NCBI GenBank assembly: GCA_964016885.1 | Contig: OZ024743.1 | Coordinates: 204,538,001 to 204,602,000, forward strand | Direction: 5' to 3' | DNA from: Eledone cirrhosa | Taxonomy: Eukaryota | DNA: 64,000 nucleotides | The notes under the pieces: generated by a model | Told to the model about the DNA's origin: nothing | Seen by the model: the letters and a program-made list of their open reading frames with translations, nothing else | Databases searched by the model: none | In this document: positions 26,895-41,223 of the stretch, in pieces | Numbering within the stretch: the first letter of the stretch is position 1 | Layout of the letters: every line of letters starts with the position of its first letter | Translations under genes and position numbers: made by a program

Positions 26895-26900
<6 letters not shown>
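25028..26900 (-). mobile_element. Tandem array of six 310-bp units, each with a minimal HHR (non-LTR retrozyme-like)
   Basis: Units start at 25028, 25338, 25648, 25958, 26268 and 26578, plus 13 bp from 26888. They appear identical, are flanked by (TA)n and have no ORF. Confidence 0.92.
25151..25193 (-). ncRNA. Minimal HHR (repeated at 25461, 25771, 26081, 26391, 26701)
   Basis: guaguc CUGAUGA u-uucu-aaca-agaa-u GAAA cgcg UA gauuac. Confidence 0.9.
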
Positions 26901-26950
<50 letters not shown>

Positions 26951-27009
26951 ATATGTATTAAATATATATATGTATTATATATATATATATGTATTATATA
27001 TATGTATAT

Positions 27010-27513
27010 TGAGCACTCTTATTCGATATGTGTTATTCCACATTTTCCCGAATATTTTTTGCGGATATAAAGGTTATCTCCCTTGCTGAAATCCATGTGC
27101 GTATTTTCAGCCTGGGTTTTGTCTTTTCATCCGTTCGGACAAAAGCTCGTTGAAGAAGTAACTCCAGTCCCCCGTTGTCTGTAAGTCTTATATTTTTATG
27201 TGAGCTGATAGAGGACGGTTTAAGGATTTACAGAAACCCAAGAAACTAGATATACCATATCTCTAGCGGGTCCGGGTATGCTTTTTACATTCATTTCATT
27301 TATTGATTTATTGATAATTTATCTGAGTGTCCCGAATCTTCCATATCGCAATTTTTCGGTTATTTGGTTGATTGTAGACATATTCTACGTGTGACGGTAT
27401 TTTAACGATAGTTATAGCTCTGATTTATTTGAATTATGGAGCCCTCTGCCGCTCATCTCGAATTTTGTTTATCGTGAACTCGTGCGCCGATTTTTCGATA
27501 CTCGATTATTCTA
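27010..27513 (+). repeat. Unclassified ~500-bp element between (TA)n tracts
   Basis: Bounded by (TA)n and shares motifs with 62910-63105 (see findings). Confidence 0.45.
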
Positions 27514-27518
27514 CTATA

Positions 27519-27626
<108 letters not shown>

Positions 27627-27640
27627 TGTATATATATATA

Positions 27641-28436
<796 letters not shown>

Positions 28437-28460
28437 TAAATATATGTATATATATATATG

Positions 28461-28547
<87 letters not shown>

Positions 28548-28739
28548 GTATAGGATTATCCAAGATGCAGTGATGGTTAATTACTACACTGGATATGGTT
28601 GACGTACGGTAAGAGGTTACTCTACGAGTTATGGAAGAATTGTTCAAGAAACTTAGTTCCTGATCCTTCAGTATTCCGGAGTGTATATAAAGAATGAATA
28701 ACAACAGGTAGACATCATAAAAAGGTATTTTATTCCGTG

Positions 28740-28851
28740 TGCTTACAAGTGTTTCCACGGTGGTACTGCAGCCTAGTTCCGCTACGTGCAAATTCACAAG
28801 TATTTGCAGAACTCGAATATCCAATGCTGTGACCACTGTTTCCTCAGAGCA
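28740..28851 (-). ncRNA. HHR of family B (mirror copy 31556..31667+)
   Basis: ugcu CUGAGGA a-acaguggu...accaccgu-g GAAA cacuug UA agca. Confidence 0.75.
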
Positions 28852-29344
28852 GAATGGTAAATATACAATGTAAAAACCCTTAAGTGGGGTTGTTGGGGAA
28901 GATAGAGTGGAACAGGAAGAGAGAAAAGTAGGGAAGATGGAGAGAGAAGGAAAGATATGCAGGGGTTGGAGAAGTAGGAGAGAGTGGCTTGTAGATATCT
29001 TAATCAAAATGTTATGGTAGGGGTTTTATTAGTTACTTTTGGAGAGATGCGTAGATAGTTGAGGTCGGAATTATTTATTGCCCCAGAGGTCAAGTTCATA
29101 GATGTTGAGAGGGAGGTAGGTCAAAGGTGAGAGAGAGAGAGTGTAATGGATGTAGAGAGAGATATATAGGTAGAGAGGGGACAGATAAAGTATATGTGGT
29201 GAGTGAACTTTTGGTTTTGTAGTAGTAATCTAGGAATTGTACTGAGTTACCATGTATAGTGATAAGCAGTGTATTGTCTTGTAGTGTGGGGGAGAAGAGA
29301 AGGTTGTTAGCTAGAAAGTGGTGTTGTAGTTACGGGTTCGAATG

Positions 29345-30733
29345 TTAAGTTATTTTATAGTGAGAGAATTTAGCTTTTAGTTTGTGGTTGCAGTATAATG
29401 ATCGTTCAATTCTATCGTTAAGTAGTTTGTTTTTGGATTTTAGTATGTAAAATAGCTCAAGGTTACATAACCTGCAGTACTTCAAACCACTCCGATATGC
29501 ATTTGCGCTGGAAAGTATATCCCATTTTAAGGTGAACTGTTGGTTGTGTTCACGGAGTTGCCAGGTCTTGTTGGCGAGCGTGGTCACAAAACGGTGATTC
29601 TGATGTTTGATTGAGAATCGATGACGGTACCAGCGAGATTTAAACGATGTGGTGGTAGATCCGATATAATACCATTTCTGGTCGTCCGATTCAACCGTGC
29701 ATTGGTAAACAATGTTGGACTTTAGGCATTCATTCTGCAATGGACATCTTTCAGGTAGATGGCAGTTACATGCTTTGTTGTGGGTAGCGGGTATACCATG
29801 GATAGGTTGTGATAGCGGTACAGGTGGGTTGTGCAATATCCGTCTCCCATTTAGTGGTTGGGAGGCAGATATTGCGTTCTGCCCACCTGTTACTAAAATG
29901 TTTTGTTTTGTAGAGTTGTTTAATTGCCTTAAGTTAAGTTTTTTTATGTATGCTTCAAGGTTTGGTGCCGTGGAGTATGATAGTCTAATAGTTTTGGAGT
30001 TCAGAATTTTGCTGTACTTATGGGAACTAGGGAAGTGTTTATTGATTAATTTAAAGAATGAAAGAGATAGTTTTGTACTAATCGAGGCATTAAAAATAGG
30101 ATTATACCAGATATACTTTCTACAACGTGATTTATTTGGTGGTGAACCTCTATTATTAGTATGTCTGGTAGTATAGTGTGTGTGTGCTTGTGTTTTAGTC
30201 CCCCGGTTACGTATCCCTTGATTACGTGTAGAGCTATGTGTGTTGTGGAAATTACTATCGATGTATTCTATTGTATCCCGGTGGTCAGCATTCCTTAATG
30301 CATTATTGTAGTATTCAGCATGTTCGCTAAAAATATCAGAGTTAGACGATAGGCGAGAGATTCTAAGAGAAATACTCCGGGGAACTGATTTGATCATGGA
30401 GAGTGGGTGGTTAGAGTTAAAGTCAATATACGTAAGGTTCTCATTTACCTTGTGGAAGGGTCGTATCTGTCCGGTATTTAAATTAAGAGTTACGTCCAGA
30501 AAGTTTACTACCTTAAGATTGTATTCGTATGTTATTTTTAGGCCCAGTTCACTAAAAGATTTTCTAATATTTTTCCGTAGCCTTTCAAGATTTTGGTTAT
30601 TCAAGTTATTAACTAATAAGAGCCCGTCATCTCTATATATCCCCCCCTGTAGATTACTAAATCTACTATGTAATATGTGGGCTATGTAAATTCCCACGAG
30701 ATCCGTGACCTCCGCCGAGTCGTTGGAACCCAT
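29345..30733 (-). CDS. PLE RT (from motif B) + GIY-YIG, 462 aa, 5'-truncated but open
   Basis: MGSNDSAEV, GIYRDDGL, VNFLDV, CNCHLPERCP, NIVY...YYIGST...FKSRWYRH, CRLC...CNH. Confidence 0.92.
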   Translation of the reverse strand: MGSNDSAEVTDLVGIYIAHILHSRFSNLQGGIYRDDGLLLVNNLNNQNLERLRKNIRKSFSELGLKITYEYNLKVVNFLDVTLNLNTGQIRPFHKVNENLTYIDFNSNHPLSMIKSVPRSISLRISRLSSNSDIFSEHAEYYNNALRNADHRDTIEYIDSNFHNTHSSTRNQGIRNRGTKTQAHTHYTTRHTNNRGSPPNKSRCRKYIWYNPIFNASISTKLSLSFFKLINKHFPSSHKYSKILNSKTIRLSYSTAPNLEAYIKKLNLRQLNNSTKQNILVTGGQNAISASQPLNGRRILHNPPVPLSQPIHGIPATHNKACNCHLPERCPLQNECLKSNIVYQCTVESDDQKWYYIGSTTTSFKSRWYRHRFSIKHQNHRFVTTLANKTWQLREHNQQFTLKWDILSSANAYRSGLKYCRLCNLELFYILKSKNKLLNDRIERSLYCNHKLKAKFSHYKIT

Positions 30734-31859
30734 GGTATTATATCGGATCTACCACCACATCGTTTAAATCTCGCTGGTACCGTCATCGATTCTCAATCAA
30801 ACATCAGAATCACCGTTTTGTGACCACGCTCGCCAACAAGACCTGGCAACTCCGTGAACACAACCAACAGTTCACCTTAAAATGGGATATACTTTCCAGC
30901 GCAAATGCATATCGGAGTGGTTTGAAGTACTGCAGGTTATGTAACCTTGAGCTATTTTACATACTAAAATCCAAAAACAAACTACTTAACGATAGAATTG
31001 AACGATCATTATACTGCAACCACAAACTAAAAGCTAAATTCTCTCACTATAAAATAACTTAACATTCGAACCCGTAACTACAACACCACTTTCTAGCTAA
31101 CAACCTTCTCTTCTCCCCCACACTACAAGACAATACACTGCTTATCACTATACATGGTAACTCAGTACAATTCCTAGATTACTACTACAAAACCAAAAGT
31201 TCACTCACCACATATACTTTATCTGTCCCCTCTCTACCTATATATCTCTCTCTACATCCATTACACTCTCTCTCTCTCACCTTTGACCTACCTCCCTCTC
31301 AACATCTATGAACTTGACCTCTGGGGCAATAAATAATTCCGACCTCAACTATCTACGCATCTCTCCAAAAGTAACTAATAAAACCCCTACCATAACATTT
31401 TGATTAAGATATCTACAAGCCACTCTCTCCTACTTCTCCAACCCCTGCATATCTTTCCTTCTCTCTCCATCTTCCCTACTTTTCTCTCTTCCTGTTCCAC
31501 TCTATCTTCCCCAACAACCCCACTTAAGGGTTTTTACATTGTATATTTACCATTCTGCTCTGAGGAAACAGTGGTCACAGCATTGGATATTCGAGTTCTG
31601 CAAATACTTGTGAATTTGCACGTAGCGGAACTAGGCTGCAGTACCACCGTGGAAACACTTGTAAGCACACGGAATAAACTACCTTTTTATGATGTCTACC
31701 TGTTATTATTCATTCTTTATATACACTCCGGAATACTGAAGGATCAGGAACTAAGTTTCTTGAACAATTCTTCCATAACTCGTAGAGTAACCTCTTACCG
31801 TACGTCAACCATATCCAGTGTAGTAATTAACCATCACTGCATCTTGGATAATCCTATAC

Positions 31860-31862
<3 letters not shown>
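30732..31862 (+). mobile_element. Inverted 3' part of PLE family B (start of right arm)
   Basis: Reverse complement of 28545..29675, with one visible SNP (NKIP vs NKLP in the overlapping spurious ORF). Confidence 0.93.
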
Positions 31863-31958
<96 letters not shown>

Positions 31959-31983
31959 CATATATATATATACATATATTTAT

Positions 31984-32098
31984 AGGTTGAAATAAAATGA
32001 AAACGAAATTTCATTTCTCACTCTTAGTATGGCACTTACTTAAATGTAAGTATGTATGTATACGTACATACATATATGTATACAGACGTACAGTAGCA

Positions 32099-32144
<46 letters not shown>

Positions 32145-32573
32145 CAGGTACACATACATATATGCACGCATCAGTTTAGCGGACGCTTATTATAACGCCG
32201 CTTTGTTCGTTTGTAAACAAACTGAACAGCCTGAATTTATGCCATACGGTGTTAAGGCAACCACGTCACCTTTTTGTTCAACACTGACACAGGAACGATG
32301 TACTAGTTTCAAGCTTGTTAGCTATCATCAGCAGCGTATACCCATCTGCCAGATAGTTGAACGTTCGAAAGTATATACTTTCCTTACGAAAATTAACGGC
32401 TGAGCAGCCTAATTTGCATATTGAGTGAGTTAAATCGGTCAGGCATACCGAAAACGACAGGTTGAAATAAAATGAAAACGAAATTTCATTTCTCACTCTT
32501 AGTATGGCACTTACTTAAATGTAAGTATGTATGTATACGTACATACATATATGTATACAGACGTACAGTAGCA

Positions 32574-32607
<34 letters not shown>

Positions 32608-32668
32608 TACACATACATATATGCACGCATCAGTTTAGCGGACGCTTATTATAACGCCGCTTTGTTCG
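31984..32668 (-). mobile_element. Mirror of the ~555-bp retrozyme-like repeat (HHR 32295..32337)
   Basis: Reverse complement of 27641..28436 with shorter (TA)n. Confidence 0.8.
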
Positions 32669-32682
32669 TATATATATATACA

Positions 32683-32804
<122 letters not shown>

Positions 32805-33372
32805 TATAGTAGAATAATCGAGTATCGAAAAATCGGCGCACGAGTTCACGATAAACAAAATTCGAGATGAGCGGCAGAGGGCTCCATAATTCAAATAAAT
32901 CAGAGCTATAACTATCGTTAAAATACCGTCACACGTAGAATATGTCTACAATCAACCAAATAACCGAAAAATTGCGATATGGAAGATTCGGGACACTCAG
33001 ATAAATTATCAATAAATCAATAAATGAAATGAATGTAAAAAGCATACCCGGACCCGCTAGAGATATGGTATATCTAGTTTCTTGGGTTTCTGTAAATCCT
33101 TAAACCGTCCTCTATCAGCTCACATAAAAATATAAGACTTACAGACAACGGGGGACTGGAGTTACTTCTTCAACGAGCTTTTGTCCGAACGGATGAAAAG
33201 ACAAAACCCAGGCTGAAAATACGCACATGGATTTCAGCAAGGGAGATAACCTTTATATCCGCAAAAAATATTCGGGAAAATGTGGAATAACACATATCGA
33301 ATAAGAGTGCTCAATATACATATATATAATACATATATATATATATAATACATATATATATTTAATACATAT

Positions 33373-33439
<67 letters not shown>

Positions 33440-33440
33440 A

Positions 33441-33495
<55 letters not shown>

Positions 33496-33570
33496 TGATA
33501 TATATATGAGTGATATATATATGAGTGATATATATATATGAGTGATAAAATTTGCTCCTAACGAAATACT

Positions 33571-33660
33571 CGTGTCTGAATGAACCTGCAGAAGTAGAAT
33601 CAGCCGATCCATACAAGGACCATGTCTCGAGCTACCTGCCGGAGAAACAATTGTAACACG
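33571..33660 (+). ncRNA. Mirror of the 24836 HHR
   Basis: cgtgtctgaatga...gagaaacaattgtaacacg. Confidence 0.65.
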
Positions 33661-33939
33661 TAATAAATTAAGTCCAGATGCATCACTGATTTTTCGTTTT
33701 CTTTATAATACATATATATATATATATATATATATGCACTCGATCCTCTTACAGAGCAGAGTATAATATCATTTCAGAGTCAGGTTCGATCATTGCATCG
33801 ATCGTGCCTCGAGCCGGTCGCCAGAGAAACAATTGTAATATGTCTAATAAATTTTAATTCGACACACCACTGGTTCTCCGTTTCTTATGTGATATATATA
33901 TATCTATATATATCTATATCTATATATATATATATATAG

Positions 33940-36900
33940 AGAGAAAAAATTTACGAAATGGAAATGCGGGTATATAGAATTTATTAGGTAACAATTGTTT
34001 CTATAGCGTATGAGTTACCTATACCTCGCTATTTGAATAATACACAAATATTATCATAAACCGAAGGTACACTGTAAGCCAACACACCATGTCATCAAAC
34101 CTTTGTATTAGAATGATATGAAAATATTTTTTACACTAGATAAAAGATAAAGAAGGAGGTAGGAAGAGAAGGGGAAGAGGGAAGTGAGTAAGGTGGAGGG
34201 AGGATATAAGACTAGTAGAGATGGTGAAGAGAGAATGTTTTGGCAGCAGTTAGCTTAATGAGGCGTGCTAAGGTTGGCTGGGAAGTAGATTCTTCTAGTG
34301 GTGTTGTTCGGACAAAATTTAGTTAAAGGGGTCAAAGTGGTACAGTGTCACAGACAAGTTATTAGGGCTATTATAGTAGCAGGTTATTTCTAAAGGGGTC
34401 CAGAAAAACAGTGTTTAGTACTATTATTATAGAAAGCCATATCTTGTGTATAAACATATAAGACAGAAATTTGCAAACGTTGGTGTAAAAAGGTAACATT
34501 ATATGCATTTAAAAAAAGAAAAAGTCGTTTTCAAACGATAGTTACAGTATAGAGAACGTTCAATTTTGCTGTTCAAAAGTTTGTTTACCGACGTTAAAAT
34601 GCAGTATATCTCTAAATTGCATAACTTGCAGAATCGATGATTTTGCTAATATGCAGGCGCAGCTGCAATAATTTGCCAATCAAGGGAGAACGCTTGATTG
34701 TTCCTCCGAAGCTTCCAGGCTTTATCGGCGAGGGTTGTTACGGAGCGCATTTTCTGGTGCCTGATCGAAGATCGATGTTGGTATAGGCGAGCCTTGAAAG
34801 AAGTTGCGGTACATCCGACGTAATACCATTTGTTGGTCCCGGAATTTATTGTACACCGGTAGACAATATTGCGTGCTAGGCACTGGTTATTCGGTGGGCA
34901 CGTACCTGGTTTGGTGCAGTTACAACTATTTTTATGTTTTGCAGTAGAATCCTGGATAGTTTGGTGGGGTTGTGGTTGCGTGTTAGTGCGTTGTATGTTG
35001 CTATGCTGGTGCGCTGAGTCATTAGGGATGTACTTATTCAGTATTGCTGAGTTAAGTTTTCTAATTAGTTGTTCTATGTTAGGTGCAGTGGAGTATGAGA
35101 GTCTAATGGTGCGCGAGTTAAAGATTTTATAGTATTTATGTGAAGTTGTAAAGTGTTTATTGATTAGTGTATAGAATTGTGAGATAATCTTAGTGCTAAT
35201 AGAAGAATTGTACACGGGGTTATACCATATGTACTCTCTACGTCTGACTCTATTTGCTGGTTTGCACCTGTTAGTATGCCTATTGATGTGTGTGTGTGGT
35301 GCAATACTAGTTCGACTTAGATGTGTTTTATTCATAGTACTTAAGTGGTTATCGTCTAGATATTCAATTTTCTCGCAGTAACCAGCTTTTCTAAGTGCGT
35401 CATTATAATATTCAGCATGCTCGTTGAAGGTCTGCAAATTAGACGACAGTCGGGAGATCCTTATGGATATATTTTTAGGGATAGATTTAATAATGGAATG
35501 AGGATGGTTCGATTTTACATTAACGTACTTAAGATTTTCATTAAGTTTGTGAAATGGCTCTATATTACCGTTATTAAGGTTGAAGGTGACATCCAAGAAG
35601 TTGACCACCTTAAGATTGTGTTCGAAGGTAATATTAAGCCCTAGTTCTAAGAAAAGTTTCCTAATGTTTTTACGTCGCCTTTCTAGGTTTTGTTTGTTCA
35701 TATTCTTGACTAATAGAAGTGTATCGTCGCGGTATATTCCGCCGTGGAGGTCCGTAAATTCGCTCTGGAGTCTATGGGCTATATAGATCCCAACCAAATC
35801 CGTGACCTCCGCCTAATCATTAGAACCCATCGTAATGTCGAATTCCGAGGGTCTATCCCTGCGGACCCAATAACTATTTTCAAAGTGCACTACTGTGCGT
35901 CTAGCTTCAAGTATAATATTAATTTCCTCGTTTGTGAGGTCCGAGTTAGTCTTAGCGAAAGAGAGGGCCTTATGCAGGGTTTCGGGTGAAATAGAGGAAT
36001 AGTATTCATCTATATCGAATTGAATAAAAGAAGATTTGTTTTTGTCCCTAATGTTATTGAACCATCTTATTGCCTGATGAGTATTACCCCATAATTTAAT
36101 ATCTACCTTAGCCTTAACTTGGGGGATAATACGATCTAATATGTACTTACTAATTCTACCTATATCGGACTTTGAAGGACATATTAATCTAATTTTAGGG
36201 TTAGTATCGAAGTTATCCTTATGGTCCTTCAGATTAAAAGTCGGTGTAGCTGGGGATAGGGGTACCGTTCTGTCGTCAATTTTCAGTTTCCTAACAATAT
36301 CACATGCTGCGTTATTAATGTTGGTTAGTGTAGTTGCGTTTGTTTTTTTGTACTTCCTATGTAATTCCTTACGTATAAAATTGTTATAAGTTTCTACATC
36401 CAGGGTGTATAGATTCGAAGTTTTGTCTGCCTTTATGATAATTCCTTTGGTATTCCTTAGGTTGTTGAGTAGAGTTTTAATATCTCGTTGCAGTTCGTTT
36501 TTCCTTCCGTTTGTAAATTTGATTCCGGTTATCATTTTCATTAAGTCCTGTTCGAAAGAATCCAAAAGAGGGTTAGAGGGTGGGTTTTTGTAGGATTTGA
36601 AACCAAACTTCTCGTTGTTGGTGTCCGAAGTTTGTGTAATCCTTTTCCTATCGAAGTGGAAGGCCTTCCATCTAATCCGCCGAATAAATTCTTTGGTCCT
36701 TTGTATCATACCAAGAATGTAATCCTTTTTACCCAGAATGGATATGTTTTTTAAGGACATACCACAATGATGTTTTTCCATTTCAAAGACGCGGGTTGAT
36801 AGGTTGCTCAACTGTAAAGGAGTGTGAAGAATTAGTTAATTTGTATTCCAATGTTACTAAGTAGTTGCATTGGATGGAGTCAACTGACGTCAGAGATTGC

Positions 36901-38008
36901 TCAACGTATAATAAAGTGTGTTTTAAAATCCGGAGAAAATATGGAGAAAAAATTTACGAAATGGAAATGCGGGTATATAGAATTTATTAGGTAACAATTG
37001 TTTCTATAGTGATTGAGTTACCTATACCTCGCTATTTGAATAATACACAAATATTATCATAAACCGAAGGTACACTGTAAGCCAACACACCATGTCATCA
37101 GACCTTTGTATTAGAATGATATGAAAATATTTTATACACTAGATAAAAGATAAAGAAGGAGGTAGGAAGAGAAGGGGAAGAGGGAAGTGAGTAAGGTGGA
37201 GGGAGTCTTAGGATATAAGACTGTCAGACTAGTAGAGATTGTGAAGAGAGAATGTTTTTGCAGCAGTTAGCTTAATGAGGCGTGCTAAGGTTGGCTGGGA
37301 AGTAGATTCTTCTAGTGGTGTTGTTCGGACAAAATTTAGTTAAAGGGGTCAAAGTGGTACAGTGTCACAGACAAGTTATTAGGGCTATTATAGTAGCAGG
37401 TTATTTCTAAAGGGGTCCAGAAAAACAGTGTTTAGTACTATTATTATAGAAAGCCATATCTTGTTTATAAACATATAAGACAGAAATTTGCAAACGTTGG
37501 TGTAAAAAGGTAACATTATATGCATTTAAAAAAAGAAAAAGTCGTTTTCAAACGATGGTTACAGTATAGAGAACGTTCAATTTTGCTGTTCAAAAGTTTG
37601 TTTACCGACGTTAAAATGCAGTATATCTCTAAATTGCATAACTTGCAGAATCGGTGATTTTGCTGATATGCAGGCGCAGCTGCAATAATTTGCCAATCAA
37701 GGGAGAACGCTTGATTGTTCCTCCGAAGCTGCCAGGCTTTATCGGCGAGGGTTGTTACGGAGCGCATTTTCTGGTGCCTGATCGAAGATCGATGTTGGTA
37801 TAGGCGAGCCTTGAAAGAAGTTGCGGTACATCCGACGTAATACCATTTGTTGGTCCCGGAATTTATTGTACACCGGTAGACAATATTGCGTGCTAGGCAC
37901 TGGTTATTCAGTGGGCACGTACCTGGTTTGGTGCAGTTACAACTATTTTTATGTTTTGCAGTAGAATCCTGGATAGTTTGGTGGGGTTGTGGTTGCGTGT
38001 TAGTGCGT
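33940..38008 (-). mobile_element. PLE family A, right arm: pLTR + a single unit with two nonsense codons
   Basis: ORFs 35813..36811- and 34646..35797- have stops at 35813 and 34646. HHRs at 36989..37105 and 33986..34102, the latter with a C3>U change. Confidence 0.93.
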
Positions 38009-38048
38009 GTTATTCCTTTTTATAATATTTTATATATATATATATATA

Positions 38049-38800
38049 TATAAACAAGGTTTAGTAAATAATGAAAAAGTTTCAAAATAAATTTTAAAAA
38101 ATTGACTTTACCTACTATAGTTACCTTTACCGATCGGTTTCGAATCCCAAAAATAAAACGGAGGCCATACGGCCTTCGATGCAAAGAGAGATTCTCGTCA
38201 GAAGGTTCTTTTCATTCAAAGAATATAAAATTCCTGAATTTAAATCACAAACTAGCGCTATCAAAGACTGTTCCTGGGATGAGAGTGGATGATGTAGAAC
38301 AGGTTTATCAAGGGCCGTAGTAAAGATAGAGGCAAAAGGAGGTAGGTCAAACTAGCCACCGCTGTTATCAGCAGCAGTCGGAATGACCCTGTTTGTTCTC
38401 AACGCTTGTGGAGGTAGTAGTAATATGAAATACTTCCCGTCACAAACCTGTTCTACATCATCCACTCTCATCCCAGGAACAGTCTTTGATAGCGTTAGTT
38501 TGTGATTTAAATTCAGGAATTTTATATTCTTTGAATGAAAAGAACCTTCTGACGAGAATCTCTCTTTGCAACGAAGGCCGTATGGCCTCCGTTTTATTTT
38601 TGGGATTCGAAACCGATCGGTAAAGGTAACTATAGTAGGTAAAGTCAATTTTTTAAAATTTATTTTGAAACTTTTTCATTATTTACTAAACCTTGTTTAT
38701 ATTTGTTCTGGCTCGTTAATTTATTAACCCGCCATTGAACCACACTGGCACTTGGTTGGACAATACATGCGTACCTTGGCGCCTTGTGCGTGACGGGACG

Positions 38801-38807
<7 letters not shown>
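38049..38807. mobile_element. Mirror of the head-to-head HHR element
   Basis: Reverse complement of 16684..17442. Confidence 0.85.
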
Positions 38808-38890
<83 letters not shown>

Positions 38891-38899
<9 letters not shown>

Positions 38900-39733
38900 T
38901 ATAAAAAGGAATAATAGATACAATATACCTACTGTACAGTTTCGCTGGTCACTATGCAAGAATGTTATATCATAGATATACAACATTGTTGTGAGGTAAG
39001 CCAGCTTATCAAGGGAGCACCTCAGGGAAGAGCCCTAACTACATACGTCCGTAGCATGCGAGAAAATCTCAGAAAGGCGGAGGGAGACTCTATCACGTGA
39101 TACACCGGTCAAGAAAGGGTATTAATCCCTTGTAGCAGTGAAAATATTTCAGAAGGCGGAGGGAGATATTGATATGATACATAGGCTACAGAGGGGTGGT
39201 AAGGTTGACTAGAAGTGTATATAGTGTTTGCTTGAAAGCAGTCACTATACTTCCGTGGTTACTCTACCGTGAGGGAGTTAGAGACAATAATGAGAGGTAT
39301 ACAAATATATGTGTATACATACATATACATGTATATATAAACATACATTTTTCACAAGTATGTGAGATTGTATGTTGTCGAACTTAACCAGTGTTACTCT
39401 ATGATTATGAGAGACAAAATAATCGAAATAATTAAATTGACACAATATCAGAGTTATGTAAAATATTATAAAAAGGAATAATTGTTTCTACTTTAGGCAC
39501 AAGGCCAGCAATTACCAGTGCATTACTGGTACTTTATTTTATCGACCCCGTAAGGATGAAAGGCAAAGTCAACCTCGGCGGGATTTGAACTCAGATGGTA
39601 AAGGGACGTAACTATGCTGGAAAGCATGGCGTCCGACCCTCTACCGATACTGCCAATCCACCGCCCTATATACCTATTTTTTTCTATCGTCCTGACTGTA
39701 CAGTTTCGCTGGTCACTATGCAAGAATGTTATA
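38891..39733 (-). mobile_element. Mirror of the retrozyme-like element (HHR 38928..39014) with SINE at 39477..39666
   Basis: Reverse complement of 15806..16648. Confidence 0.7.
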
Positions 39734-40054
39734 TATTTACTTGTTCTATCCCAACAATTTTAAATAGAACTTTTGCATATATATATATATATGCAAAAGT
39801 TCTATTTAAAATTGTTGGGATACAACAAGTAAATATTTTTATAACTGATATAAAGCACTCGACAAGTATTTGGAGTAGATATATGATATTAATAAATGGA
39901 AACTATATTTATAAAACCATATTTATTTCATTATACATATTTCAGGGATACCAAATTAAATTCAGGTATCCCTGAAATATGTATAATGAAATAAATAGGG
40001 TTTTATAAATATAGTTTCCATTTATTAATATCGTATATATATATATATATATAA

Positions 40055-40111
<57 letters not shown>

Positions 40112-40542
40112 TAATTGGTGAAGATGTGTAGGTAACTTACATAACGTTTGTATATAACTCATATAACGAACACGCCCATGCACACACACTCACTCACATA
40201 CATATACATAGAAATTCGTACTATCAAGCCGCTTTACAAACAGGTTAAAACCACAAGGAAGCAAGTCGTGAAATCTGCACTTGCGAAAATCTGGGTGGGC
40301 TTATTTCATTTGAGGAAAGAGGCTGCTATAAATCAATGTTAGCCAATCAGATTTTAAAAAAACATATAGCAATTTTAAAAATATCCGGTTGCATACTTTA
40401 ATAATTAGTACCTACATGCAACACCCGCGGTAAGTTTCTGTTAGCTACAACTCTTGAAAAACGAAGACGATAAAAATGAAGAGATTTCTACTGCTCAACA
40501 TATTTGTCGGTAAGGTGACATTTCTTTTCATTTATTTTATGA

Positions 40543-40907
40543 CTAGCCGACGTAGCCTGCTACGCCCGGGTAACTCGTGAACAACCTACATACAACTGTC
40601 TATGCGTAAAAAGCGATTCTCTTTTATTCAATTCTACAACTTTGAAACTCTGAGTCTGAGCTTTATGTACCGTCATAGCAAAACTGGCTTTAAACAGTGA
40701 ACTGAAGTCTTGAGAATTTGAATGGCAGCTCGGTAGATGAATGGATATGAGGAATCTTGGGAATAAATGAATTTTCTCTTTGATGTTTGCTTCCAAGAAT
40801 AGTGACCTCTAGGAGGTGGTTCCTCATCCTCCTGGCTGTAAAGTCTGTGCCCTTGCATAGATGTAGCGGGTCCACATTTCTCAAAAGGATTATGGAAGTT
40901 CAAATCT
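40543..40907 (-). mobile_element. Mirror Helitron 3' remnant
   Basis: Reverse complement of 14620..14984. Confidence 0.85.
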
Positions 40908-41056
40908 TTTGTGTGCGTGTGTGCAAACCAGCGTCCGAATCGAAAGATATCCATTTTGTTTTTGTTCTCCATTCTGGAGAGAGAGAGAGAGAGAAGGGTT
41001 GGGGGTTAAGAAAGAGCGAGAGGGGATGAGAGAGAGAGAAAAAGAAAGAGGCGAGG

Positions 41057-41097
<41 letters not shown>

Positions 41098-41223
41098 AAG
41101 AGAGAGAGAAAAAGAAAAAGGGATGATAGAGAGGGAACGAAAGAGGGGGAAGCGATGAGAGGGTAAGAGAACGGAAGAAAGAGAGTGAGGGAGATAGGGG
41201 GAGAGAAACAAAACAAGAAATGA

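Larger units (their letters stand above)
28545..30733 (-). mobile_element. 5'-truncated PLE family B (relative of A) at the palindrome axis
   Basis: ORF 29345..30733 plus a 3' UTR with HHR, ending at (TA)n. Confidence 0.93.

Noticed and set aside
25028-26900. CRISPR array or ordinary satellite
   Set aside because: No unique spacers and a eukaryotic context. Each unit has an HHR, so a retrozyme-like array fits better.
27200-27255. Possible HHR ctgataga...ggttt/aaacc...gaaactag
   Set aside because: The core is imperfect, there is no UH after helix III and no convincing helix I.
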